A DNA stretch of 64,000 nt from Candidatus Bathyarchaeia archaeon (GTDB lineage Archaea; Thermoproteota; Bathyarchaeia; 40CM-2-53-6), in the NCBI GenBank assembly GCA_050013255.1, contig JBEKFP010000003.1:218483-282482 (forward strand), in the 5' to 3' direction. Both the position numbers and the translations under genes were made by a program. The notes under the pieces are model-generated. The model was not told the origin of the DNA. It worked only from the letters and a program-made list of their open reading frames with translations, and did no database searches. The stretch's first letter is position 1. Each line of letters opens with the position of its first letter. Below are positions 17,812-25,441 of the stretch, piece after piece.

Positions 17812-18396
17812 TCAGCTTCTTCTGAGTTTCTTATCATATGTGAAATGTTTCTGAATCAGCGCTCTTGTCAGAAACTCTATGTCCTCATCTTGAGGCAGGA
17901 AATCTGATGTTGCTTCGACTATCTTCCCTATGTTTCCCCTTTTGTAAAGGGCCATTCCCAGAGACATGTGACGGCCAAAGATTCTCGCCAAGAGTTCTTT
18001 CTTCCCCCAGAGTAACTGTCTAAATTCCTCTATCTTTCGGTCGTCTGGGATATTTTGATGAAACCCTAGAATCAGGTTCGTCCGTTGAACTCCATTCTTC
18101 AGATAAAGAAGGGCCTCGCCAATTCCTTTGTAGAACGCATCCCAGCCCAATGACTTACTTCGTTCATCAAACTTGATCAATTTCATTTCATAGCCGTTCA
18201 GTCGGTATTGGTTCTGTGAAATCTTGTAGAATTCCAGGGCGTCAATGTCTGGATTAATCCTCCTTCCTGCTATGGCCGAGACCTTGGGGTACGCTCCATA
18301 TGGCAAGACAGACTTTAGCAATTCGTCTTCGGAAACAAATCGATCATACGTCATGGCGTGTGTCATTCGAGAGGCCTTGTGATTGGGCTGGTCCAT
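17812..18396 (-). CDS. PD-(D/E)XK nuclease-like protein
   Basis: PDID...GYEMK...GIGEALLY resembles restriction-fold motifs II-IV. Confidence 0.55.
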   Translation of the reverse strand: MDQPNHKASRMTHAMTYDRFVSEDELLKSVLPYGAYPKVSAIAGRRINPDIDALEFYKISQNQYRLNGYEMKLIKFDERSKSLGWDAFYKGIGEALLYLKNGVQRTNLILGFHQNIPDDRKIEEFRQLLWGKKELLARIFGRHMSLGMALYKRGNIGKIVEATSDFLPQDEDIEFLTRALIQKHFTYDKKLRRS

Positions 18397-18623
18397 AGGT
18401 TTAGTCTACCTGACCAGCGGATTATTCTTTCTGATTTTGATGTTCTGGTAGTGTTATGTCCGAGCTTAACTACTCACGCGGATGGTTCATCATGTGGTCC
18501 TTCATGTTTTATGATTCATAAGAAATCAGGTTCTTATCCTACTCCTGCCGTTCCTACTCCTACCGTACCGAACAGGTTCCTGCCGTCATTCCTACCCTTC
18601 GTGTTGTCACAATCCTAATATTA

Positions 18624-18662
18624 GCGGCGGCGGGGGCGGCGCACCAACGATACCACACACAC
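18624..18662 (-). repeat. Junction J11 (inverted) with internal right TIR: GTGTGTGTG | GTATCGTTGGTGCG | CCGCCCCCGCCGCCGC
   Basis: 14-mer at 18640-18653; near-perfect inverse of 9574-9612. Confidence 0.9.
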
Positions 18663-18687
18663 TTTTCAAACGAACGCAGTCCGATGG

Positions 18688-18717
18688 TCCGGCGACCGCA
18701 TCAGTGATACTACAGAC
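18688..18717 (-). repeat. Junction J12 (inverted, degenerate): GTCTGTA | GTATCACTGATGCG | GTCGCCGGA
   Basis: 14-mer at 18697-18710; TGATGCGGTCGCCGG resembles the tRNA-Gly 3' end TGGTGCGGCCGCCGG. Confidence 0.55.
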
Positions 18718-18729
18718 TAAGCGCGACTT

Positions 18730-20193
18730 CTATGTTGCTAGGCCACACTGCTTCCTGAGTTTCTCCATTAGTTCTCGGTATCGAGGGTCGGCCCTTGCCT
18801 TCGCGCAGAGAGGTGAGTACATCACGAACAGGGAAATTATCGCATGCTCTTCAAGGGCCTTGTTCACGTACTGGAAGTATGAGTCGAGGTCTCCGAGCGC
18901 GTGGTAGACAAACCCCATGTAGTTGAAGCCTATTGGACCCACCTTGGCATTCTCAATCTTCTTGATTGCGAGGAGTGCCGTATCTCTGTCGCCTTCCATG
19001 GCCGCGACGACCCCTCCCATCCAAGCGACCCTAGAATTGGTGGGATCGAGCTTCTCAAACTTCGCAAGGAGCTCCTTAGCCTTCTCAAGTTCCCCTTTGG
19101 CTAGGTAGTACTCCGTCATTCCCCTGTAGGTCCACGCAGGGGCAATCTGCTCGTACTTCTTCCAGTGCTCCAACGCCTCCTGCTCCCTCCCCGTATAGAG
19201 ATACGCTAGCCCCACAAGCCAGGTGAACCGCGGCCTCACGGGGTCTAGGCGGTATGCTGTCTCGATCTGCCTAACCATCTCCCCCTGGTTTCCCTTGATT
19301 CCCTCCACCTCAAACAGTATCCAGTAGGCGTCTGGGAGACTCGGGTTAAGCTCCAAAGCCTTCCTCGCCTCCGCCTCCGAACCTAAGACATCGTCCTCAT
19401 CGAAGAGCAAAACAGAAAGCACCGCGTGGGCCTCCGCAAGGTTCGAGTCGAGATTAAGGGCACGTTCCAATAATTGCCTCGCAGTCGAATGAGAGACATC
19501 AAACGGTTCCTTTCCGACGTTGGAAAGATAACTGTGGCACTCTGCCGCGCCGACGTATGCCCTCGCGAACTTGGGATCCAGTTCGATGGCTTTCTCAAAG
19601 AGGCTGATAGCCCGCTCTGTTGTATCTATGCTTACTTCCCGTAGTAGTTCTCTGCCTTGCAAGAAGTACGTGTACGCCTCAGTGTTCTCGGTAGGCTTCT
19701 TCTGTAGGGTTCGCTTCTCAGAGTCGAGTAGCTGGGTCTTGAGCTCTCCCGCCACCTTCTCAGCTATCTCACTCTGAACGGCGAAGATATCGTCTAAGTT
19801 CTTGTCATAGTGGGAGGACCACACGTGTTCTTCCGTTCCCGCGTTGATTAGCTGAACCGTGACCCTGACCCGGTTACCTGCCTTCCTTACACTGCCTTCG
19901 ACCACCGACCCGACGCTGAGTTCCTTTGCGATTTCGGAGACATTCTTCTCCTTCTTCTTGTAATTCATCACTGACGTCCGAGCTATGACCTTCAAACTCT
20001 TCACCTGAGAAAGCCTGTCAATCAACTCCTCCGTCATGCCGTCCGCGAAGTACTCGTCGTTAGGGTCGGGGCTCATGTTCTTCATGGGCAAAACGGCAAT
20101 CCGGAGCTTGTCTAGCGTCTGCTGTGCCGTGGAGAACGCGGGGGGAATGAAGCTCTTCGACCGGGCGAGGTCGGCTGGCTGCAAATGATTCAC
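18730..20193 (-). CDS. TolB-like plus TPR-repeat protein (adenylate-cyclase-associated type, no cyclase domain)
   Basis: IAVLPMKNMS, EYFADGMTEELI, VEGSVRKAGNRVRVTVQLI, then TPRs. Confidence 0.85.
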   Translation of the reverse strand: MNHLQPADLARSKSFIPPAFSTAQQTLDKLRIAVLPMKNMSPDPNDEYFADGMTEELIDRLSQVKSLKVIARTSVMNYKKKEKNVSEIAKELSVGSVVEGSVRKAGNRVRVTVQLINAGTEEHVWSSHYDKNLDDIFAVQSEIAEKVAGELKTQLLDSEKRTLQKKPTENTEAYTYFLQGRELLREVSIDTTERAISLFEKAIELDPKFARAYVGAAECHSYLSNVGKEPFDVSHSTARQLLERALNLDSNLAEAHAVLSVLLFDEDDVLGSEAEARKALELNPSLPDAYWILFEVEGIKGNQGEMVRQIETAYRLDPVRPRFTWLVGLAYLYTGREQEALEHWKKYEQIAPAWTYRGMTEYYLAKGELEKAKELLAKFEKLDPTNSRVAWMGGVVAAMEGDRDTALLAIKKIENAKVGPIGFNYMGFVYHALGDLDSYFQYVNKALEEHAIISLFVMYSPLCAKARADPRYRELMEKLRKQCGLAT

Positions 20194-20545
20194 GATTACC
20201 TGACTGCGTATCTAGCTAAGCTTGCCGAGCCGGTTGTTATAGAGCCTTTCCTCAACTCGCACGCGAGAGACTAGGTGGTTCAGCAGTCACTTCACATTCG
20301 TATTGTGACGAATCATCGTTCCGTATTCTCTCGTTCTTTAGGTCTTGTTTCTTGTAGGAAATCGTATGGTATTATTGGTCAGCATGTTTGTATTGGCATT
20401 GTCGTACGTGACGTCCAAGCGTCATGTTTTATGATTCATAGAACATCAGGCTACCGCCACTAAGAGAATGTTGTGCGAGCGAAGCGAGCACCAAGCTAAC
20501 CAAGTAAGCGAGCGAAGTGATCTTCAACAGGTTCCAACTTCGGGC

Positions 20546-20592
20546 GGCGGCGGCGGGGGCGGGTATGCTGGTGCGGGCGAGCGGATTTGAAC
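20546..20592. repeat. Right TIR and junction J13: GGCGGCGGCGGGGGCG | GGTATGCTGGTGCG | N11-TTGAAC
   Basis: Direct-repeat copy 3 at 20561-20575, followed by the T-loop mimic. Confidence 0.9.
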
Positions 20593-20604
20593 TCTCGTTT
20601 GGGG

Positions 20605-20631
20605 GAGAGCTTGGTGCGGCCGCCGGGATTC
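20605..20631 (-). repeat. Junction J14: duplicate of the tRNA-Gly 3' end and its flank
   Basis: GAGAGCTTGGTGCGGCCGCCGGGATTC matches 22818-22844 at 26/27. Confidence 0.85.
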
Positions 20632-20642
20632 AGGTCAGCCTT

Positions 20643-21584
20643 TCAGGGCTCGGGATAGGTGTATGACGGGTAGATCCTTAGCGGTGTTCCAGGTTTTATG
20701 ACGGCTTGGGCTTCAGCGTTTAGCAGGTAGCGCCCAGCAGGATCAGCGCTGCCCGCCTCCGCAAAAAGCTTGACAACGAAAGGTTTCGATTCGGCCCGCC
20801 GGTAGAAAATCTGAGCCTCATTCGGGCGTGTTCTAACGTACCTCCTCCAAAGCTGCTCGATGGGCTCAGTTCGCGCAAATGACCTGTCCATGAATTCGAA
20901 GAACCTTGCTAACTCCGATCTTCGGGGAAACCGACCGTAATGCTGCGAAAGTTCCTCATATGCTCCAAGGAAGTATTCCTGTAATGAGGCAAACCGCCGG
21001 TCCCTTAGGTACCCTTTGAAGAGCTCGATAAACTCTTGGAGCAGTCGATTTATGCGTTTATCGACTTGCCCGTGATTCGGTTGCGCTACGGGTAACTTGT
21101 CGGGCACGATTTCCCTTACCAAACCAAGTTTTCCGTTACCGGAAATTGCTAGGCCAGCTTTGCTTACCGTTCCATGAATCTCGCGTATCGCCTCGACCAT
21201 GAGATGGTTCTCATACATCTCGATTTCGAGAGCATGATCCTGCCTGAAGATTTCCGCCATTCTTTCCCACACAACCTCGTAACGTTTTCTCCGCATATCC
21301 AAACCAATTCCGGGGCGATCTCTCAACAGCCCCGCCTTTCGGAGGTCCGAAAGTTGCAGACTCACGGCGAACTTCGATTTACCCGTAAACGCTGATATTT
21401 CAGAAGGCGAGTTCGTACCCTTTGCCACTGCGACGAAGAGCTCACTCAGAGCTTGAGAACGAAGCGCCTTCCGGACGCGTCTAATCTCGCCGCGCAACGG
21501 GTCGCCGGAATCAACTTTAACCTCCATTGCAACGCGCCTTCCCCACAGCTGCCGTGCAAGAACCGTTGGTTTTGTTTTTGGCAT
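20643..21584 (-). CDS. Winged-helix (ArsR-like) transcriptional regulator
   Basis: SPSEISAFTGKSKFAVSLQLSDLRKAGLL; divergent from the SRPBCC genes. Confidence 0.65.
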   Translation of the reverse strand: MPKTKPTVLARQLWGRRVAMEVKVDSGDPLRGEIRRVRKALRSQALSELFVAVAKGTNSPSEISAFTGKSKFAVSLQLSDLRKAGLLRDRPGIGLDMRRKRYEVVWERMAEIFRQDHALEIEMYENHLMVEAIREIHGTVSKAGLAISGNGKLGLVREIVPDKLPVAQPNHGQVDKRINRLLQEFIELFKGYLRDRRFASLQEYFLGAYEELSQHYGRFPRRSELARFFEFMDRSFARTEPIEQLWRRYVRTRPNEAQIFYRRAESKPFVVKLFAEAGSADPAGRYLLNAEAQAVIKPGTPLRIYPSYTYPEP

Positions 21585-21590
21585 GTGGGA

Positions 21591-21635
21591 AATTAACTAG
21601 CAAACGGTATAAGTAGTTAATTGACCCCTTAACTA
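21591..21635. promoter_or_regulatory. Inverted-repeat operator in a divergent promoter
   Basis: AATTAACTA (21591) / TAGTTAATT (21614) / TTAACTA (21629). Confidence 0.5.
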
Positions 21636-21650
21636 TCTCGTGATGGAAAA

Positions 21651-22211
21651 ATGGCTAACGCAGACTCGATGAAGGGGACCATCACCAAGGTCTTCCAAGT
21701 AAACGCTCCCCCGGAACGCGTTTACAGAGCGTTTACGGACAAAAAGGATATGGTGGAGTGGATGTCGGATCATTTTGAAATTGATGCCAGGAAGGGAGGA
21801 AAGTTTCAGATGGGGAAGGAATCGGACGGCTTCGTTACAACGGGGGAGTTTCTTGAAGTCGTGCCAAACCAGCTACTCACTTATACCTGGAGAATGAATG
21901 GGTACGAAAAGAACACTGGGAAGCGTATCCCGAACTGGTCCGATGAAAACCCGTCGAAGGTTACGGTGAAGTTCGAAAAAGCGGGCAGGGGTACAAGGAT
22001 CACAGTTACCCACGAAGGGTTCCCAGAACGAGATGAGGAATACTGGGCGCATGAGGTGGGATGGGAGATGCTGGGTGGTGAGGTTTTGAAGTACTACCTA
22101 GAGCACTCTCAGGAGGAATTTGAAAGATGGTGGAAAGAAAACGAAGCGTCGTGGCAGGAACGCTGGCAGAAAAAGGTAGATGCACGAGCCAAGTCATCCC
22201 CTATTGCATGA
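21651..22211 (+). CDS. SRPBCC (AHSA1-like) domain protein
   Basis: APPERVYRAFTD, GTRITVTH, GW. Confidence 0.85.
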   Translation: MANADSMKGTITKVFQVNAPPERVYRAFTDKKDMVEWMSDHFEIDARKGGKFQMGKESDGFVTTGEFLEVVPNQLLTYTWRMNGYEKNTGKRIPNWSDENPSKVTVKFEKAGRGTRITVTHEGFPERDEEYWAHEVGWEMLGGEVLKYYLEHSQEEFERWWKENEASWQERWQKKVDARAKSSPIA

Positions 22212-22233
22212 TGGCAAGAGGTGAGAAAAGAGA

Positions 22234-22653
22234 ATGGTGAAAGTAACTGATGAAGGACTATTTCCGGCACCACGCGAAAAAGTCTGGCGCCTTATTGAAG
22301 CCCACGGAACAGACCCACAAGGCATACACCCCGCGATGAAATCCGCAAAGCCACTAAACAAAGAAGGCAGCATGGTGGAACAACAATGGGACATGAACGG
22401 ACAGAATGTCAGAATGGTTTTGAAAGTAACTCCGGCCCCACCCGACAAGTTGACCCTGGAGTTTCTCGAAGGGCCCGTCACAGGCAAAATGGTAAACACC
22501 TACACCGAAGTGGCAGGTGGAACCAAAGTAGTCACGGAATGTGACATGAAATCACAAGTCATGGACGACAAACAAGTCGAAAGCACTGTTAGACAAATCC
22601 TCGACAACGGCTTCGCCGACGACGTCCGCTACCTAAACACAAAAATGAAGTAG
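22234..22653 (+). CDS. SRPBCC family protein
   Basis: APREKVW, GGTKV; GAGGTGA RBS. Confidence 0.75.
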   Translation: MVKVTDEGLFPAPREKVWRLIEAHGTDPQGIHPAMKSAKPLNKEGSMVEQQWDMNGQNVRMVLKVTPAPPDKLTLEFLEGPVTGKMVNTYTEVAGGTKVVTECDMKSQVMDDKQVESTVRQILDNGFADDVRYLNTKMK

Positions 22654-22824
22654 CTGAGAAAGCAGGCGTACTAGCGCCAGTTTTCTCGGCACCCAACCTT
22701 TTCTTGGCTGTAGCAATTCTTGGCTAGCAATATTGTAGCCGCCTTCAAGCTGTGGATTTGCCTCAACTGGTTTTGTCCCCAATATTCGCATTGATGAAGC
22801 GATAAGGTATCGTTGCAGAGAGTT

Positions 22825-22919
22825 TGGTGCGGCCGCCGGGATTCGGACCCGGGTCGTTGGCTTGGAAGGCCAATGGACGCGTAAACGCAATGTCCTAGAC
22901 CAGGCTAGACTACGGCCGC
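22825..22919 (-). tRNA. tRNA-Gly(TCC), CCA encoded, with a 17-nt intron at position 27/28 (22873-22889)
   Basis: Acceptor GCGGCCG/CGGCCGC; anticodon arm TTGGC-CTTCCAA-GCCAA after splicing; BHB/BHL-like GGAC/GTCC helix with ATT bulges. Confidence 0.9.
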
Positions 22920-23069
22920 ATGCGCATCAGGAACAGCCGGTCTTCGCAAATAAGTGTTAGTGGATTCTCATAGTGGTAGTCTCATTGACAGAATGCGCTC
23001 CGAGCCGCAGTTTTTCTAAGGTATGCATCATTGCCAAACTCATTCAGGTTATGGTTAGGAGACTCGGGT

Positions 23070-23428
23070 TTGGTCGACGTCGCAAGGTTTGTTCAAGACA
23101 TCGTTCCTACAACCCGCCTTTACTTGGACGATTCGTACTTGCAATCCCTTGACGCGAATGTTGTGAAGTTTGCTCAGGAAAAGAACAATGCGTACGTGTT
23201 GTAATTAGGGCCATAAGTAGGTCTAATGCTGAGCGACTCATTGCAGATGCGCCTAACTTGGCAAGGCTTCCGAAAGGTGAGAACTTGCGGATTGTGACCA
23301 TCGCAAGGCAGATTCCGATACCCTGCGGAGGAAGGCACGTACGGAACCTCAAAGAAATCGGAGCCATAGAGTTTTCAAGAGCAGAACCTGCAGAGACAGG
23401 TTTCAGACTACACTTCCAAGTCAAGTAA
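23070..23428 (+). pseudogene. AlaX (alanyl-tRNA editing) remnant with an internal deletion
   Basis: N-terminal TRLYLDDSYL then a stop; C-terminal LRIVTI...PCGGRHVRNLKEIG; the central HxxxH region is absent. Confidence 0.7.
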
Positions 23429-23574
23429 GCGCTAGCCGACGATCTCTCCTAGTCGACGCCATGAAGAACGTTGGATGCAAAATTCGATAGCGCTCAGCCA
23501 GCGACCTTGGTTGAAGAGATTGTCAACGTGGAAATTCAAAGAGTTGGAAAGAGAGGTCGCCGAAACATGCTTGG

Positions 23575-24669
23575 CTACGAGAGGAGTCTGGCTGGCGTAT
23601 AAGGTACTAAGTCTGGGTTGGATTTTCCGGAGAGAATCTCCTCAGCCATCATTTCTCCGATCGCTGGGGCGAACATTGCACCCTTCCCTGAATCTGCAAA
23701 AGCCACCCAGAGATTTTCGTACACGAACCTACCCGTGACAGGCTCAGAGTCGCGCGTTGTCTCAACCAATCCTGCCCATGGCCTCAAGACCTTGACTTCC
23801 CGAAGAGTTGGTATGAAGTGAACGAGCTCTCTTGCAGCGTCCTCTAAGAATTCCAACGTAGATGAGTTATCATTCAGAATTTTCTCTCCTCTTCTCGGAA
23901 ATTGGCAGAGTATTTCCCCGCGGAGGCTTTGTGCGATGGAGATGCCTTCGCGGTACGATTGGATCATAGGTTTTAGAAAGAACCTTAGAGGTTCAGTTGC
24001 AAGCATCTCATGCTTCACAAGTCGGGTGGGCACGTCAAGCCCGATTGTTCGAAGGATTTCCCGAGATCCAGTTCCTGCAGCCACGACATAGACATCGGCC
24101 TTGTAGGTATCGCGATCGGTCTCGGCTGAAGATATTCGGTCCCCTTCGACATGAAGCGCTTTCACGGTTGTGGGCCTGACTACTTTGCCTTGCATCTCTT
24201 CGAAGCTGTCCCAAAGACCATTCACGACCGAGAACGGATGCACAGAGCCGTCGCCCTTTGAGAGAGTGCCGCCTACGATCGATGAGGTATCCAGGAACGG
24301 GTAGCGGTCTTGAATCTCTTCAGATGAGAGAAGCGTTGTGTCAAGTCCTAGTGAGCGTTGCAGGCCTGAATTCCGATCAAGCTCGGCCAGTTTCTCTTTG
24401 TTACTCGCAAGCATGAGATATCCGTCACGTCGAAATAGAATGTTGAAGTTGAGGTCAGATGAAAGGCGGTCTGTGATCTCTCGGTTCTTCTTAGCAAGAT
24501 TGATGTCGTGTTCATTCTCCCATTGGCTATGCACCGCTCCAAGCGCTCTTACGCTGATTCCACTTCCCGGGTATTGTCTCTCGAGAACAGCAACGTCGGC
24601 GCCGCGCTTGGCCAGGTTGTAGGCAATGCTCAGACCAAGAATTCCCGCGCCGACAACTACGACGTGCAC
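23575..24669 (-). CDS. FAD-dependent oxidoreductase, proline dehydrogenase/sarcosine oxidase beta-like
   Basis: VVVGAGILG, RPWAG, DAO fold. Confidence 0.85.
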   Translation of the reverse strand: MHVVVVGAGILGLSIAYNLAKRGADVAVLERQYPGSGISVRALGAVHSQWENEHDINLAKKNREITDRLSSDLNFNILFRRDGYLMLASNKEKLAELDRNSGLQRSLGLDTTLLSSEEIQDRYPFLDTSSIVGGTLSKGDGSVHPFSVVNGLWDSFEEMQGKVVRPTTVKALHVEGDRISSAETDRDTYKADVYVVAAGTGSREILRTIGLDVPTRLVKHEMLATEPLRFFLKPMIQSYREGISIAQSLRGEILCQFPRRGEKILNDNSSTLEFLEDAARELVHFIPTLREVKVLRPWAGLVETTRDSEPVTGRFVYENLWVAFADSGKGAMFAPAIGEMMAEEILSGKSNPDLVPYTPARLLS

Positions 24670-24938
24670 TTCATCTTGTCTCCAGCTAATACACCAAGTC
24701 GCACTGGGTCGATTAGTGGTCTTTGAGTGGTCAGGTGTTGGTCAGACGGCTTCAGTTTCTTCTCTGCCGCGAGCAATCTCAGGACTTGGAGCAGACATGT
24801 TTTGCCTTGGCATGGGCCGGTGGAGAATCCTGTATACCTTTTGAGAACTTCGATGTCGTCGTAGCCTAGGCGTATGGCTTTCAGCACGTCCTCTTCCGTT
24901 AGATCTTCGCAGTAGCAGACGAATTTCTTTTCCATCAT
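24657..24938 (-). CDS. (2Fe-2S)-binding small subunit
   Basis: CYCEDLT, GPCQGKTC, RP. Confidence 0.85.
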   Translation of the reverse strand: MMEKKFVCYCEDLTEEDVLKAIRLGYDDIEVLKRYTGFSTGPCQGKTCLLQVLRLLAAEKKLKPSDQHLTTQRPLIDPVRLGVLAGDKMKCTS

Positions 24939-25441
24939 GATCCCTCTACCTTGATCGCCCTCGCTTCGAAGAGCCAATCCTCCGGAACCTCTATTGTGAC
25001 CAAAGCCGTGCCGTCGTTGCGTTCAGGAGGTAGGACTCGTGCCACTCTGCCTTTGCCAAGAACAGTCCCTTCGCGGTCGACAGTTCTCACTTGTGTTCCG
25101 ACTTTCGGAATTGGCAGGAACTCGTACGGTAAGGTAACATACCCGACTCCATTCGTAGCCCTCAGAAGAAAGACTGCTAAACCGGGGCACACCATGACGC
25201 AGGCCATGCAACCTGTGCATTTGTCATAATCGACTTTCGGTATGTCGTTGACTGTTGCCATCTGTATGGCGCCAAGTTTGCAGGCGATGGCGCATGAATT
25301 GCATGGAATCTCCTCAATGCATTCTACCATTGCTACAGGCCGTTTATCCCTTAGCCGTTTTGCAGGAGGGACGGACCCCGAAGGCACCAGGTCTTCGAGC
25401 CTGATGATCCCGTCGCTAAGGTACTGTTGCTTTGACTCCAA
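24935..25441 (-). CDS. 4Fe-4S ferredoxin subunit
   Basis: CIEEIPCNSC, CTGCMACVMVCP, LPYEFLP. Confidence 0.85.
   Translation of the reverse strand: MESKQQYLSDGIIRLEDLVPSGSVPPAKRLRDKRPVAMVECIEEIPCNSCAIACKLGAIQMATVNDIPKVDYDKCTGCMACVMVCPGLAVFLLRATNGVGYVTLPYEFLPIPKVGTQVRTVDREGTVLGKGRVARVLPPERNDGTALVTIEVPEDWLFEARAIKVEGS

Larger units (their letters stand above)
9597..20561. mobile_element. Casposon-like element with solo Cas1 and no DNA polymerase gene
   Basis: TIR CCGCCCCCGCCGCCGCC at both ends, exact 13-15-bp flanking direct repeat, casposase-type cas1, HNH gene; a second right end lies internally at ~18500-18639. Confidence 0.8.

Noticed and set aside
2974-20631. Classical integron with attC sites
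   Set aside because: No IntI tyrosine recombinase and no RYYYAAC...GTTRRRY palindromic attC structure at the junctions
22633-22890. 85-aa ORF overlapping tRNA-Gly
   Set aside because: Shadow ORF read through the tRNA sequence
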